This document shows positions 18,560 through 29,813 of a stretch of DNA of 64,000 bases, one piece after another. Position 1 is the first letter of the stretch, and the number at the start of each line of letters is the position of its first letter. Made by a program: the position numbers and the translations under genes. The notes beneath the pieces are model-generated. The model was not told the origin of the DNA. It saw only the letters and a list, made by a program, of their open reading frames with translations, and did not search any database. Source of the DNA: Tubiluchus corallicola (lineage: Eukaryota; Animalia; Priapulida); contig JAQGDQ010002389.1 of assembly GCA_030141605.1 (NCBI GenBank), forward strand, positions 124,001-188,000, given 5' to 3'.

Positions 18560-19222
18560 CCTTTACGAGCAAAAAAAATAAACTGCATTAAAATAGGAAG
18601 AGAAATATAACGAAATTACCACCATTTGCTAATATCATCAATTTCACAGCTCTCATACAAATCTTTCGGAATCGTCAACAAACCGCCGTATAAATCACAA
18701 TATTAAAACCCATATACTTTCAGATAGCCATGCCGCCTTTAGCCAATCAGATGGTAGAAAATGAACAGGGGAAAAACTTCTTTAAACCTCCCAATAAAGG
18801 AGAATCCGATACCATTAGTAAAAATTGGTAAAAAAACCATCTGAGCATACATATTAGTGAAATCATTGCAACTGTAACTAAAGAGGTGGTAAAAAACAGA
18901 AAAAATAAAATCTTAAAAAATTGCTTCCCTCTCCGAATCACATAAACAATCAAAAATGCAACCGGTAACGCCATAATATATTGTGGAATGCCAGAAATTA
19001 AGGCAATAATAATTGTATTATCAAAAGCCTTCCAGAAAATCTTATCTGTTAGTGCAAGGGTATAATTTTCAAAATCAACAAACTATAAGTACGAGAAACC
19101 TAAATACGAAACGGTAAATAAAAAGAAAAAATAATGAAAATAACGTGAAAACAATAAATAAAATAAAAAATGGCACTATAAATATATAATCTGCATTCTG
19201 TCCATAAAAAAATTTATCCCAT
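18560..19222 (-). pseudogene. carbohydrate ABC permease (MalF-like) remnant
   Basis: Fragments in different frames: YIFIVPFFILF, FENYTLALTDKIFWKAFDNT, KYMGFNIVIY, IPKDLYESCEID (EAA loop). Several stops and frameshifts; boundaries approximate. Confidence 0.8.
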
Positions 19223-19252
19223 TTTATATGCTGGCGACTCTATAGTTGATTA

Positions 19253-20488
19253 TTATCTTTCCCTCATACGACTCCTAATTAATCTGTCCGCATCTTTTAA
19301 AGCTTGATCAACTGTTTTTTGCTCCTCTAAAACCTGCATGAGCGCATCCTGTATAATATGAAATGCGATTAAATCAACTTTCCTCAAAGTAACAGGAATA
19401 ATATTCTTTGCAACTTCAGCATAAATCAATCGCGCCTGCTGCCCTCCTAAATAGTCCACCGGCTCTGTAAAAATATCATCATCATAAGTCGTCTCTCGAG
19501 AAGGGAAAGCCCCTATAGAACGCATCGCCGCTAAATGCATCTCATCACTTGCTAAAAACTCTATAAACTTCCACGCCTCATCTTTATAAGATGAGCTCTT
19601 TGGAATCGCATAAAAGCTCCCACCCTGACTCGCCATACTCTTCCCAGGTAAAAAAGTTGCACGCCACTTGCCCGATAAATTCGGCGCAATCCATGAACTC
19701 AAATGCCCCTCCATCCAAGCGCCAGCTGTCATCGTGGCAACACGCCCATCCTTATAAGCGACGCCCCACTCTGGTGTCCACGCTAAAACCATGGCATCCA
19801 AATCCTTGTCCTGTATCTCCTTGGTAATCATAAAAGATTTTTTGTTACGTGAAGTCTCAATAAGAGAATTGCCCCGTGAATCATAAAAAAACCCCTCTCC
19901 TTCCAAAGCCTCCGATTCCCTAATCATACGAGTAACATCCGAGCTGTCCGCAAGAAGAAAAATACCATGCTCCTTTAATTTCTCTCCAAAAGCAATGTAG
20001 CTATCCCAGCCCGCCGTCATTTCCGCTTCCGTCATACCAGCTTTCTCTAAATAATCCTGGCGATAAAATAAAACGGCTGGCCCAATATCAGCAGGAATAC
20101 CATAAAGACGACCGTCTACCCCCAGAGCTTGCTTCCAAGCAAAAGGAACATATGCCCACTCAAGACCATGCGCATTATAAGGAGACTTGTCTAACATTTC
20201 AAAAACACCTGTATCGACAAAACCACCCCAAAATCCAAGCTCAACAACAACAACATCTCCCAGCCCTTTACCAACAACCATATCCGTCGCCAGTTTTGTA
20301 TGATGATCGTTATACTCATTAATAATAAGTCTCACCTTAATACCAGCCTCTTTCTCAAAAAGAGGAATCGCATTTTTTATATGATCCGATAAATTTGGAA
20401 AAGCACGAACAATAATTTCCTCTTGCGCAAATACCTGTGTCGTAGAAAAAAACACTATCGCCCAAAAGATATACAAGCCCCGTTTCAT
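19253..20488 (-). CDS. carbohydrate ABC transporter substrate-binding protein
   Basis: Signal peptide, LYGIPADIGP..LFYRQD, GGSFYAIPK, AWKFIEFL. ATG at 20488. Confidence 0.9.
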   Translation of the reverse strand: MKRGLYIFWAIVFFSTTQVFAQEEIIVRAFPNLSDHIKNAIPLFEKEAGIKVRLIINEYNDHHTKLATDMVVGKGLGDVVVVELGFWGGFVDTGVFEMLDKSPYNAHGLEWAYVPFAWKQALGVDGRLYGIPADIGPAVLFYRQDYLEKAGMTEAEMTAGWDSYIAFGEKLKEHGIFLLADSSDVTRMIRESEALEGEGFFYDSRGNSLIETSRNKKSFMITKEIQDKDLDAMVLAWTPEWGVAYKDGRVATMTAGAWMEGHLSSWIAPNLSGKWRATFLPGKSMASQGGSFYAIPKSSSYKDEAWKFIEFLASDEMHLAAMRSIGAFPSRETTYDDDIFTEPVDYLGGQQARLIYAEVAKNIIPVTLRKVDLIAFHIIQDALMQVLEEQKTVDQALKDADRLIRSRMRER

Positions 20489-20637
20489 GATTATTCTTCC
20501 CTTACTTTTCAATTTCTATTTTTATATATAAATACCCTAGTATAACAGTATATTAAGCCCCTTTCTAAAATCTGTTTTATCCAACTTTAATAAATGTTTC
20601 CCTTACCTGAAAAAATATATTTTAATAAAAATCACTA

Positions 20638-23133
20638 TTAGTTTATTCCCCCTAAATGATAAATTCGTAAATTATTCCGAAAAACACCCAAAGAAAGAGA
20701 TTCACGCGCATAAAATACAACCTTCTTCGGTTGATCCGCTATCAGCGTAAAGCTGTTATCGCTAAATAACCCCTTATCTTCCAAAATTTCCAGAGTCACA
20801 AAAAAAGCCGGAAAATCCGTTCTCAAAATAATCTCAAACATACCATCCTGTTTCTCTTCAACGTCAAATTCAATATGACTACATGGTAAATCATACGACT
20901 TATAAGGTGAGAAGAAAACCTCCTTCACTCCTTGAAAAGGCTTATCAGCTCGCTGGCCCTCATAAAATAAAATACAAAAATGCTCATCTTCCTTAAGGCC
21001 CAAATCCCTTAAATCATCTATTTTATAAACTTGAAGCTCCTTTGAACATCCTCGCTCAACTACTTCCTGGCATACAATCGACTTAAATAATTTTCCATCA
21101 AGTGTATAAATTCCCCCTTTAATCTGCACAGAAGCCTCTTCCAAAGAATCGTTAACACCATAAATAAATAAGGATCCTTCCTTAACATGCGCCGTAACGA
21201 TAACAGGCTCATACGATCTCCGAACATGATAATGAAGCTGCTTCCAACGACCCGTATATTCTATAGACGACCAGGAAGCAACCGGCCAATTATCATTTAA
21301 TTGCCAATATAAAGCCCCCATACAAACAGGGCGCGTTGTCCGCCAATACTCTATTCCCATGCAAACAGCCAAAGATTGCTGAAGCTGGCTGAGATAAATC
21401 TGGCTTGAAAAAGAATTCGGCATCCGAAAATAACGCGTGAACATCTCTGTAATAATTGAATTCCCACGATTATTCTTCTGGTGATGCTCCATATGCGGAG
21501 AGGTGATATTCATCTGGCTTTCATCCGTAAATGTCTGAATCGTCCCTAAAGAAGAAAAAGATTGAAAGCCAAACTCTGAACAAAAACGAGGGCGGACAGT
21601 ATAATAAGCTTCAAAAGAAGCACCTGAATGCCAAACATCCCAAAAATGCATGTCCCCTGAACTGTCATCATGCCAACAGCTCTGATCATAATCCATCGTG
21701 CCATTACATGGAGAACTCGGCCAAAAACGCCGCGTTGAATCATACAGCTGTACAGTCTTATCAAGAAAACGATTTAAACGATCATAATTAACAACATAAC
21801 GAGAAAAATTATCTTTCACTTCCTCATACCAGCTTAACGCCCCAATAACCTCATTATCACCACAATAAAGAGCTATAGAAGCATGATAGGATAATTTCCG
21901 AATCTGATGCGCTAACTCTTGTTCAACTTCCTTGAGAAACCAATCCTCTGAAGGGTATAACGAACAAGCAAACATTAAATCCTGCCAAACTAAAATTCCC
22001 AGCTCATCACATAATGTATAAAAATGATCATACTCATACTGCCCTCCTCCCCAAATGCGAATCATATTCATGTTTGCTGCAACACTATCCTCTAAAAGCC
22101 GACGATGCTTTTCATACGTTTGCCGGCTTGGCATTGCATCAGAAGGAATCCAATTCGCTCCTTTGCAAAAAATATCAATCCCGTTTACCTGAACAGAAAA
22201 ACTCGCGCCAATATCATCCTTTTCATTAACAACACAAATCTCCCTTAATCCTATTTTCTGAACAATCTCCTGGCCATAGTGATCAGAAACAACAGCTGTA
22301 TAAAGTGCCTGCTTACCAAAACCCACAGGCCACCAAAGAGATGGCTCATCCACAACAAATGAGCAGGAAAATGTCTGTTCCCCCTCTAAAGACTCAAACG
22401 TAACGGACTTAACCTCATTGTTGAATTTAAATTCTAAAGAAATCTCACCCGCTTCATAGGCGTGAACATGCGCTGTAAATTCAACTGTAACACTTCCATC
22501 TTTATGATGATGTTGCTTATGAGTAAGATATTCAAAAGAAAATTTTTCAACACTTTGTAAATAAATATCTTCATAAATTCCTGAGACCATTAATGTAAGA
22601 CCCCAGTCCCAACCCGCATGGCAATGCGTCTTACGAACCATATTCATATGCGGAATTTTATTATTACTTCCCCCATTCATACCAGACCAGGGAAGCATAA
22701 ACGGTACCCGCAGTGAACGCTCTTTCGCAATCTTATCAACACGATGAAAATGAACAGATATCTTATTTTCTCCCTTCTGAAGCGCCTCTTTAACTTCAAA
22801 ACGGTAACGCGCGAACATATTTCCTGTTTTTCCCACTAAAACATCATTAATATAAACATCCGCATAGGTATCAACACGCTCAAGATTAAGAAAAATATAG
22901 CGTTTCGAAAGAAGCTCCTTTGTCACCTGAAATGCTCGCGAAATCACCCAAGGAACTTCCCCAACCCAACGTGTCTCATACTCGTTTTTACCATAGTAAG
23001 GATCAGAAATTATTCCCTCAGAAAACAATGCTGAAAAATTATCTCCAGGAACCATCATTGCCGTTTTAACAGAAGAGCCCTTTTCAGATTTCCCACGCAA
23101 AGTCCATTGCCCATTCAGCATTATCTTGAACAT
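20638..23133 (-). CDS. GH2 beta-mannosidase
   Basis: RK..CHAGWDWG, KGANWIP, NMIRIWGGG, WQDLMFACSLYP, SEFGFQS, YWQLNDNWP. Confidence 0.93.
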   Translation of the reverse strand: MFKIMLNGQWTLRGKSEKGSSVKTAMMVPGDNFSALFSEGIISDPYYGKNEYETRWVGEVPWVISRAFQVTKELLSKRYIFLNLERVDTYADVYINDVLVGKTGNMFARYRFEVKEALQKGENKISVHFHRVDKIAKERSLRVPFMLPWSGMNGGSNNKIPHMNMVRKTHCHAGWDWGLTLMVSGIYEDIYLQSVEKFSFEYLTHKQHHHKDGSVTVEFTAHVHAYEAGEISLEFKFNNEVKSVTFESLEGEQTFSCSFVVDEPSLWWPVGFGKQALYTAVVSDHYGQEIVQKIGLREICVVNEKDDIGASFSVQVNGIDIFCKGANWIPSDAMPSRQTYEKHRRLLEDSVAANMNMIRIWGGGQYEYDHFYTLCDELGILVWQDLMFACSLYPSEDWFLKEVEQELAHQIRKLSYHASIALYCGDNEVIGALSWYEEVKDNFSRYVVNYDRLNRFLDKTVQLYDSTRRFWPSSPCNGTMDYDQSCWHDDSSGDMHFWDVWHSGASFEAYYTVRPRFCSEFGFQSFSSLGTIQTFTDESQMNITSPHMEHHQKNNRGNSIITEMFTRYFRMPNSFSSQIYLSQLQQSLAVCMGIEYWRTTRPVCMGALYWQLNDNWPVASWSSIEYTGRWKQLHYHVRRSYEPVIVTAHVKEGSLFIYGVNDSLEEASVQIKGGIYTLDGKLFKSIVCQEVVERGCSKELQVYKIDDLRDLGLKEDEHFCILFYEGQRADKPFQGVKEVFFSPYKSYDLPCSHIEFDVEEKQDGMFEIILRTDFPAFFVTLEILEDKGLFSDNSFTLIADQPKKVVFYARESLSLGVFRNNLRIYHLGGIN

Positions 23134-23510
23134 ATATTCTCTCCTTAAATTTTTTAAGCTTCCCTCTAAACTATTTTTAAAATAAACTATAGAAATTCAG
23201 ATAATAGTAATTAAATATAACTTTAAAATACGATATTATTTTGTTCTCAAAAATATATCAATAATTACTTGAAGTGCAAATTGGATTCACCTATAATAAT
23301 CTTTGTATTATTTCCAATTAAGTAGTTATGCCTTACGAAAAATTTATACAAAAATTTAAAAGTATTTTCTGAGAACATTTTATTCAAGAGAGTTACCTAT
23401 AAAGCTGCTGAAAGTAGTTTTTACTTCAACCGAATATAGTAGGAAGCCAGCTCTCTCATTTTAAGTAGAAATTAAACTATAGTGTATTAACTGTTTATTA
23501 GAGTGTAAAA

Positions 23511-23990
23511 ATGGCCTTAAAAGAATATTTATTAGCAATACGAATGAAAAAAAACATTGTTTCTGTAAAATTACATGAAGCAAGCGGATTTGAAGCAGAA
23601 GAATCATTAACTAAATTCTTAGAAAATGAAGAAGAGAATCTTGTACGATTAAAAAATATTGCCACTCTTTACAAGATGCCTCTATGGCAACTAATAAAAG
23701 ATTATGAAACAGACTCTGATATCGCTCCTTTTGGAAAACATGAATTTGCAAAAGCTAGAAAAAGTTCCTCTTTCGCTCAAAAAAATCTCATTACAAAATT
23801 TTTCCGAGACAGTATAGAGGACACAAAACTTGTCTATGAAACATTAATCAAGCGAAAAGGCACAGGTAAAAATAATTCAAACGTTCCTGCAGGAAGAATA
23901 ATGCCTGTCTCTACGGACACTCCTAAAACAGACAATGAAACTGGCGAATCGGATAAAGAATCATCGAAAAAAAACACCGGGAAAGAATAA
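23511..23990 (+). CDS. hypothetical protein with a possible XRE-type HTH at the N-terminus
   Basis: LKEYLLAIRMKKN...LHEASG...LKNIATLYKMPLWQLI follows the Cro/C1 helix pattern. Charged low-complexity tail. Confidence 0.55.
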   Translation: MALKEYLLAIRMKKNIVSVKLHEASGFEAEESLTKFLENEEENLVRLKNIATLYKMPLWQLIKDYETDSDIAPFGKHEFAKARKSSSFAQKNLITKFFRDSIEDTKLVYETLIKRKGTGKNNSNVPAGRIMPVSTDTPKTDNETGESDKESSKKNTGKE

Positions 23991-24033
23991 ACTTTCCTAC
24001 TGACAAAAAGAATTTTTCTTCAGCATTTTTCTT

Positions 24034-26868
24034 TTATTTCTCTGTGTTATATTCATAAGTTTTATGGAGCGTTGTTCGAATAATCGACAACATTTTTGGA
24101 ATATCAAACGGTTTTGTAATATAGTCGGTAAAGCCAGACTCTAAAGCCTTTTTGATTAAACTTTGAGAATTATCCGCACTCATAGCAATAACGGGAGTTT
24201 CAGAAAAATCTCCCTTCTGTAATAAATCAAAAAACTCATACCCGCTCATACCAGGTAGATTTAAGTCTAAAAGAATTAAATCTACCTTCTTCTTCTGCGA
24301 TAAAAAATGTATCCCTAATTCTGCCGAATAAACATTAGAAACTTGTAAATCCGGGCATTTTCCTATCAACTTATCCATCAGAACTATATTCGCAGGATTA
24401 TCCTCAATATATAAAATATGGTATGTCGACTTTAAATAAGGATCTGGGATCATACTCTGGCTATACTGTTCTAAAAGCTCATTATCAGAAGAGGAAGAAA
24501 CTTGCTGCTCTTTTCTATAAGACTTTAAAAAAAGAGGCAACTCAATCCAAAAAGAACTTCCCATACCTAAAGAACTCTTAACACCAATTTCCCCTTTCAT
24601 ACCTTCGACTAAATGGCGAACAATCGCAAGACCAATCCCTGTACCATAACTGTTTTTTATATTCCTACTAAAAGGTTCAAAAATCTTTCTCAACTGTTTA
24701 TCTGTTATTCCTTCTCCTGTATCCTCAATAGAAATACAAACCTTCTCCCCATCTTCATGGAGCCAATAGCGTAACGTAATTGTTCCATTCTTTCTATTAT
24801 ACTCAACAGCATTTGATAAAATATGGAAGAAAACCTGAACAAGGCGCATGTAATCCGCAACAACCATTGGAATCTCATCAGCAACAGATATTAAATCAAT
24901 AATTTGAATATTTTTTTCCTGTATCTTCTCAGATAAACTACTCAAAGCTTGTGAAAGCGGTAAGGTAATCGTAATAGGCTCTAAAGCAAAATCTACTCTG
25001 CCAGATTCCAAGCGCGCTAAATCTAAAACTTCATTAATCAAGGTTAATAAATGATCCCCAGATTGTAAAATATGCCCCGCATAGCCTAACGCAAGCTCTT
25101 TCTTCTTGCTATCTCCTCCATAGCTTTGAATATCCAATTCTAAAAGTTGCGCAAATCCTAAAATACCATTCATAGGAGTGCGAATTTCATGCCCCATACG
25201 GGATAAAAACTCAGACTTAGCTCGACCAGCATTCTCCGCCTCTAATTGCGCATTTTTTAAACTCTCCTCATACTCTCTAGCTGGCGTAACATCATTAGAA
25301 ACCCCCCTATATCCCGCAAAATCCCCCTTGTCAAAAAAAGGTGTCGCCGTAACTGAAATATAACGTATCGTATGATCCAAGCCTCTAATCCATAATATAT
25401 GCTCTCTCACAGGCTCATAAGAAAAAATCGACCGAAAATAAGACTCCTTTTCTTTCAATTCCTCTTCTTTATTCTTCTGCACAAGCGTGATTACATCAAA
25501 AATATATTGGCCTATAACAGTTTTCTTATCTCTGTTAAATAAATAATTATAATGTTCCGAAACAGAAATAACCCGAAGATTTTTATCAATTTCCCAAAAA
25601 CAATCCGTCGCCATATTCAAAAGGTTTTTTAATAAATTTTCTGTATCACGTAATGAATTCTCAACTTTCGTCAACTCTTGAATTTCACGAAAAAGACGCC
25701 GACTTTGCCTTTTAGTCTCACGGCGAACCTGCCAACCTCGACTAAACCCTATTAAAGCCATAAAAAGAATAATAATCGTTAAAATAACCAAAGCCCCCTT
25801 ATAGGTATTCTTAAATACCGCAAATAGAACATCTCTATCCGAAATATAATAAACAAAACGCCACGGCGTCCCTTCTATAGGAACGTGCCATAACCAATCA
25901 TTTTTCCAACGGACAAACTGTTGCTTAGGAAGATTATGAAATAAATCCCCCTCCTCTTGCTCTTGTAAAAAATCAACCTTTCCATGATTAAACACTAATA
26001 CAGGCTTATTATATTCATTGAGAATTGACGCTCCTCCATCAGCTGGTAAAAAAGCATTAAAATCAATATTATGAGCTATATAATCAAGAGGAATATCAAC
26101 AACAATAGCTCCTAAGAAATCACCTGCTCCATCATAAAATGGCTGAGACGCTATAACAGAATCGCCATCACCAAAAATTCTTTTCTCGCCATAACTCCAA
26201 TATACCAATGGCATCTCTACCGGATCTTCCTTGTAGGAGGCAAAAGCCGCATTCGTATAAAATGCCCTCTCTTTAAGAGCTGGCGTAAATGCAAAATAAT
26301 TCGAAGGCTTCCACGGTAAGGTAATTACAAAATCACTCTTTGAAATATAATAAATATCAACAGAATAAGACGTAGAATGTAAAATAGAAAAGAAAATAGG
26401 CGATAAAGAAAAAATCTGTTCGATTTCTCTCATAAGTGAAGCATCATCACGAGAAAATTCCCCTAACCCTGTTATATTAGGCAAAGACTTTTGATTCCAA
26501 GGCGCACGCAAAAAATCTAAAGCATAACCTTCTTCTATATATTTCGATTCACTAATATCATTCACTAAGGCTGTATAATTATGTGTTCCTTGGCCCAGAT
26601 GATTCATGTCATTACGATAATACGATAAAAAATCCATATTTTTAGAAATATGAACAACCGAATAGGTAACATCCAAAGAAAATTTTTCTACATTCTTTTC
26701 TAAAGAGGATAAATAAAAAGCGCGTTCACGATAATATTGATAAGAAAGAAATGCAACAGAAAGAATAAATAAGAAAATCAGAAATATTCCCCAAGAAAAA
26801 ACCCTTCTGTCCTTTATCGCGTAAAAGAAAGGATACAATAATTTTTCTTTTTCTGACCTCTTATTCAT
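24034..26868 (-). CDS. hybrid sensor histidine kinase (Cache-like, PAS, HisKA, HATPase, REC)
   Basis: Two TM segments around a periplasmic domain, AKSEFLSRMGHEIRTP H-box, DTGEG and GTGIGL G-boxes, ILLDLNLPGMSG...ITKP receiver. Confidence 0.93.
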   Translation of the reverse strand: MNKRSEKEKLLYPFFYAIKDRRVFSWGIFLIFLFILSVAFLSYQYYRERAFYLSSLEKNVEKFSLDVTYSVVHISKNMDFLSYYRNDMNHLGQGTHNYTALVNDISESKYIEEGYALDFLRAPWNQKSLPNITGLGEFSRDDASLMREIEQIFSLSPIFFSILHSTSYSVDIYYISKSDFVITLPWKPSNYFAFTPALKERAFYTNAAFASYKEDPVEMPLVYWSYGEKRIFGDGDSVIASQPFYDGAGDFLGAIVVDIPLDYIAHNIDFNAFLPADGGASILNEYNKPVLVFNHGKVDFLQEQEEGDLFHNLPKQQFVRWKNDWLWHVPIEGTPWRFVYYISDRDVLFAVFKNTYKGALVILTIIILFMALIGFSRGWQVRRETKRQSRRLFREIQELTKVENSLRDTENLLKNLLNMATDCFWEIDKNLRVISVSEHYNYLFNRDKKTVIGQYIFDVITLVQKNKEEELKEKESYFRSIFSYEPVREHILWIRGLDHTIRYISVTATPFFDKGDFAGYRGVSNDVTPAREYEESLKNAQLEAENAGRAKSEFLSRMGHEIRTPMNGILGFAQLLELDIQSYGGDSKKKELALGYAGHILQSGDHLLTLINEVLDLARLESGRVDFALEPITITLPLSQALSSLSEKIQEKNIQIIDLISVADEIPMVVADYMRLVQVFFHILSNAVEYNRKNGTITLRYWLHEDGEKVCISIEDTGEGITDKQLRKIFEPFSRNIKNSYGTGIGLAIVRHLVEGMKGEIGVKSSLGMGSSFWIELPLFLKSYRKEQQVSSSSDNELLEQYSQSMIPDPYLKSTYHILYIEDNPANIVLMDKLIGKCPDLQVSNVYSAELGIHFLSQKKKVDLILLDLNLPGMSGYEFFDLLQKGDFSETPVIAMSADNSQSLIKKALESGFTDYITKPFDIPKMLSIIRTTLHKTYEYNTEK

Positions 26869-26928
26869 TGCCGATAGAGACTTCCTTCCTGCTTAAAACC
26901 ATTCACTTTTTACTAACAGCCCAATCTT

Positions 26929-27180
<252 letters not shown>

Positions 27181-27408
27181 TTAACCACTCCTATTCTTTC
27201 TCTTTCTTCCAAACAAGCTGCTTACCAGATTCAAGTGCCGGCTGTCTTCAAAAACACCCAACAATACAGCCCAGCGCTAAAGATCTAAATATCAATCAAA
27301 CATTCATACCAAAACCGATTTTTAAATATGAATATAATATCATATGTATAAAACCATCGTACAATAATATCCTTCTTCCAGATATATAGTATATTATTGA
27401 AAAATTAA

Positions 27409-27732
27409 CTAAATATTTCGCGTTTTTGAAGGAAGAGAAACTTTTAAACCATCTAACGCTTTTGTCACAATAATCTGGCAACCTAAGCGTGACGTTTCTG
27501 TCAACCCAAAAGCCATATCAAGCATATCTTCCTCTTCTTCCTTCGGAGCTTCAAGACGATCATACCATTCCTCGTCAATAATAACATGGCAGGTAGAACA
27601 GGCTAAAGACCCTTCACAGGCTCCCTCAAGAGCAAGATTGTTTTTCCGCGCAACCTGTAAAAGAGAATCACCCTCTTGCGCTTCTGTATCAACCACTTTT
27701 CCTTCAGGCGAAATAAATGTAATCTTAACCAT
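27409..27732 (-). CDS. fdx: ISC-system [2Fe-2S] ferredoxin
   Basis: [15 protein letters not shown]...SRLGCQ; last gene of the isc operon. Confidence 0.95.
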   Translation of the reverse strand: MVKITFISPEGKVVDTEAQEGDSLLQVARKNNLALEGACEGSLACSTCHVIIDEEWYDRLEAPKEEEEDMLDMAFGLTETSRLGCQIIVTKALDGLKVSLPSKTRNI

Positions 27733-27828
27733 AAATTTTTATCCTCTCAGATTTTTAAATAATAAAAAATATAACAAAATAATGCATAATATATAAATTA
27801 GGCTTATAGCAAAAGCCCCCACCAAAAT

Positions 27829-29736
27829 TTAAATATCCTCAATTACCTTCCCCTTTAGAGCTGTTTGAATATCTCTGTTCATCCGCCGCTCTGCAAAAGA
27901 AAGTGTTGACTCCTGAACAGAATCTGTAAATTTTATTATCTTCTCTCTATCCTCTCCCTGGAGCGATTGTTCCAGCTTATCCATCACTTCTTCCATCGTC
28001 TTTAACTCAATAGGGGCTAGTAAATCCTTATCATGTTCTAATGCCGCATAAAGAGCCAGTAGCAAACGCTTTCCATCAAGACGTGCTTCCTCTAAAAGGC
28101 GCCATTTCATATCTTCCTCCGCCTTGTAAAAACTCTCTTTCAACATGCTCATAGTTTCTTCCTCGGTCAAACCATAGGAAGGCTTTACTTCAATATGCTG
28201 CTTTACACCTGTCGTCGTTTCCTGAGCGGTAACAAGCAAAACGCCATTCGCATCTACAGAAAAGGTAATACAAATACGTGCCGCTCCCGCAGCCATCGGA
28301 GGAATTCCACGTAAAGTAAAACGCGCCAAAGAACGATTTTTTTCCGCCTGCTCACGCTCTCCTTGAACAATATGAATACTCATCGCTTGCTGCCCATCTT
28401 GAAAGGTCGTAAACTCGCAGGTTTTGGAAACAGGAATAGGTGTATTGCGATAAATAACTTTCTCAGCTATACCACCTATCGTTTCTATCGCTAAAGAAAG
28501 CGGCAAAACATCTAATAGTAAAATTCCTCCCCCACGTGTCAAGGCTTCTGCCTGCAAGGCAGCTCCGATAGCAACAACTCGCTCCGGATCAATCTGCATC
28601 AAAGGCTCTTTCCCCCAGAATTCCCCTACAGCCTGCTGAACAGCCGGAATCCTTGTCGAGCCACCAACCATAACAATTCCTAAAACTTCCTGACGATCTA
28701 AATCCGCATCCGATAAAACAGACTCGCTAATCTTTAGAGTCTTTTCAATCCATGGTTTTATTAAATCGTAAAGCTCCGATTGCGTCAATACATGCCGACT
28801 CTCTTTATCTGCAAATGATAGTAAACAATGCACCTCGCGCACCGAAGAAAGAGATTCCTTAACAGAACGAGCCTGCAACAATAATTCCTGAACCTCTTTT
28901 TGGCTTAAGGAATCATCCGGGTAAGCGATTTTTCTTTGTATTAAAAACTCTTCCGCAATAGCGCAGTCAAAATCATCGCCTCCCAAAGCGGTATCTCCTC
29001 CCGTCGCTAAAACACGAAAAATCCCTTTCTGTAAACTGAGTATCGAAATATCAAATGTCCCTCCCCCTAGGTCATAAATAACATAAATTCCTTCCGCAGA
29101 ATTCCCAAGACCATACGCTAACGCCGCAGATGTCGGCTCATTAATTAATCTTAAAACCTCAAGACCAGCTAGCCGTGCCGCATCCCGCGTCGCTGTACGG
29201 GCCGCATCATCAAAATATGCAGGGACAGTAATAACAGCCCGCTTAATAGGAGAGTTTAACTGTAAAGAAGCATAGCGGCATAACGTCTCAAAAATAAGCG
29301 CTGAAATCTCAACCGGACTATATTCCCTTCCTTTGACAGAAAGACGAACCATACCACTCTTATTCTCTATAAGATCACCACCAAGCGGAAAAACATCGCC
29401 CAAAAGAGCACTTATATCCTCAGAGCCACGTCCCATTAAACGCTTAACTGAGCTTACCATTGTAAGCTCACCAGATTGATCACCAAGAGCTCTGTTACGA
29501 GCCCTATAGCCAACATCAACTCCCCCCTGAGCATCCCATGTCACAATTGATGGAATAATTTCATTCCTATCCTCATCCTGAACCAGCATTGTACATCCAT
29601 CAAGGCGATACGCCACAACTGAGTGCGTGGTCCCAAAATCAATCCCAATAGCAACATCGTCTTCTTTTTTTTTATAAGAAGGATCCAGAAGTTCTTCCGG
29701 CTCATGAATTTGAAATAATGTCTCTGTATTACGCAC
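27829..29736 (-). CDS. hscA: Fe-S assembly Hsp70 chaperone
   Basis: GIDFGTT, TVPAYF, YDLGGGTFD; isc context. Confidence 0.93.
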   Translation of the reverse strand: MRNTETLFQIHEPEELLDPSYKKKEDDVAIGIDFGTTHSVVAYRLDGCTMLVQDEDRNEIIPSIVTWDAQGGVDVGYRARNRALGDQSGELTMVSSVKRLMGRGSEDISALLGDVFPLGGDLIENKSGMVRLSVKGREYSPVEISALIFETLCRYASLQLNSPIKRAVITVPAYFDDAARTATRDAARLAGLEVLRLINEPTSAALAYGLGNSAEGIYVIYDLGGGTFDISILSLQKGIFRVLATGGDTALGGDDFDCAIAEEFLIQRKIAYPDDSLSQKEVQELLLQARSVKESLSSVREVHCLLSFADKESRHVLTQSELYDLIKPWIEKTLKISESVLSDADLDRQEVLGIVMVGGSTRIPAVQQAVGEFWGKEPLMQIDPERVVAIGAALQAEALTRGGGILLLDVLPLSLAIETIGGIAEKVIYRNTPIPVSKTCEFTTFQDGQQAMSIHIVQGEREQAEKNRSLARFTLRGIPPMAAGAARICITFSVDANGVLLVTAQETTTGVKQHIEVKPSYGLTEEETMSMLKESFYKAEEDMKWRLLEEARLDGKRLLLALYAALEHDKDLLAPIELKTMEEVMDKLEQSLQGEDREKIIKFTDSVQESTLSFAERRMNRDIQTALKGKVIEDI

Positions 29737-29813
29737 TGAAATTCCCCTATTAATTTCATCTTACAAAATTTCTGTCACGCCAATATAACCTTATACGCTT
29801 TTTAAATATTTTA

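Noticed and set aside
23387-23456. Cobalamin or glycine riboswitch (AAGCCAG, CCGAA, CTCTC words)
   Set aside because: Core consensus elements and length do not fit; kept only as an unassigned structure.
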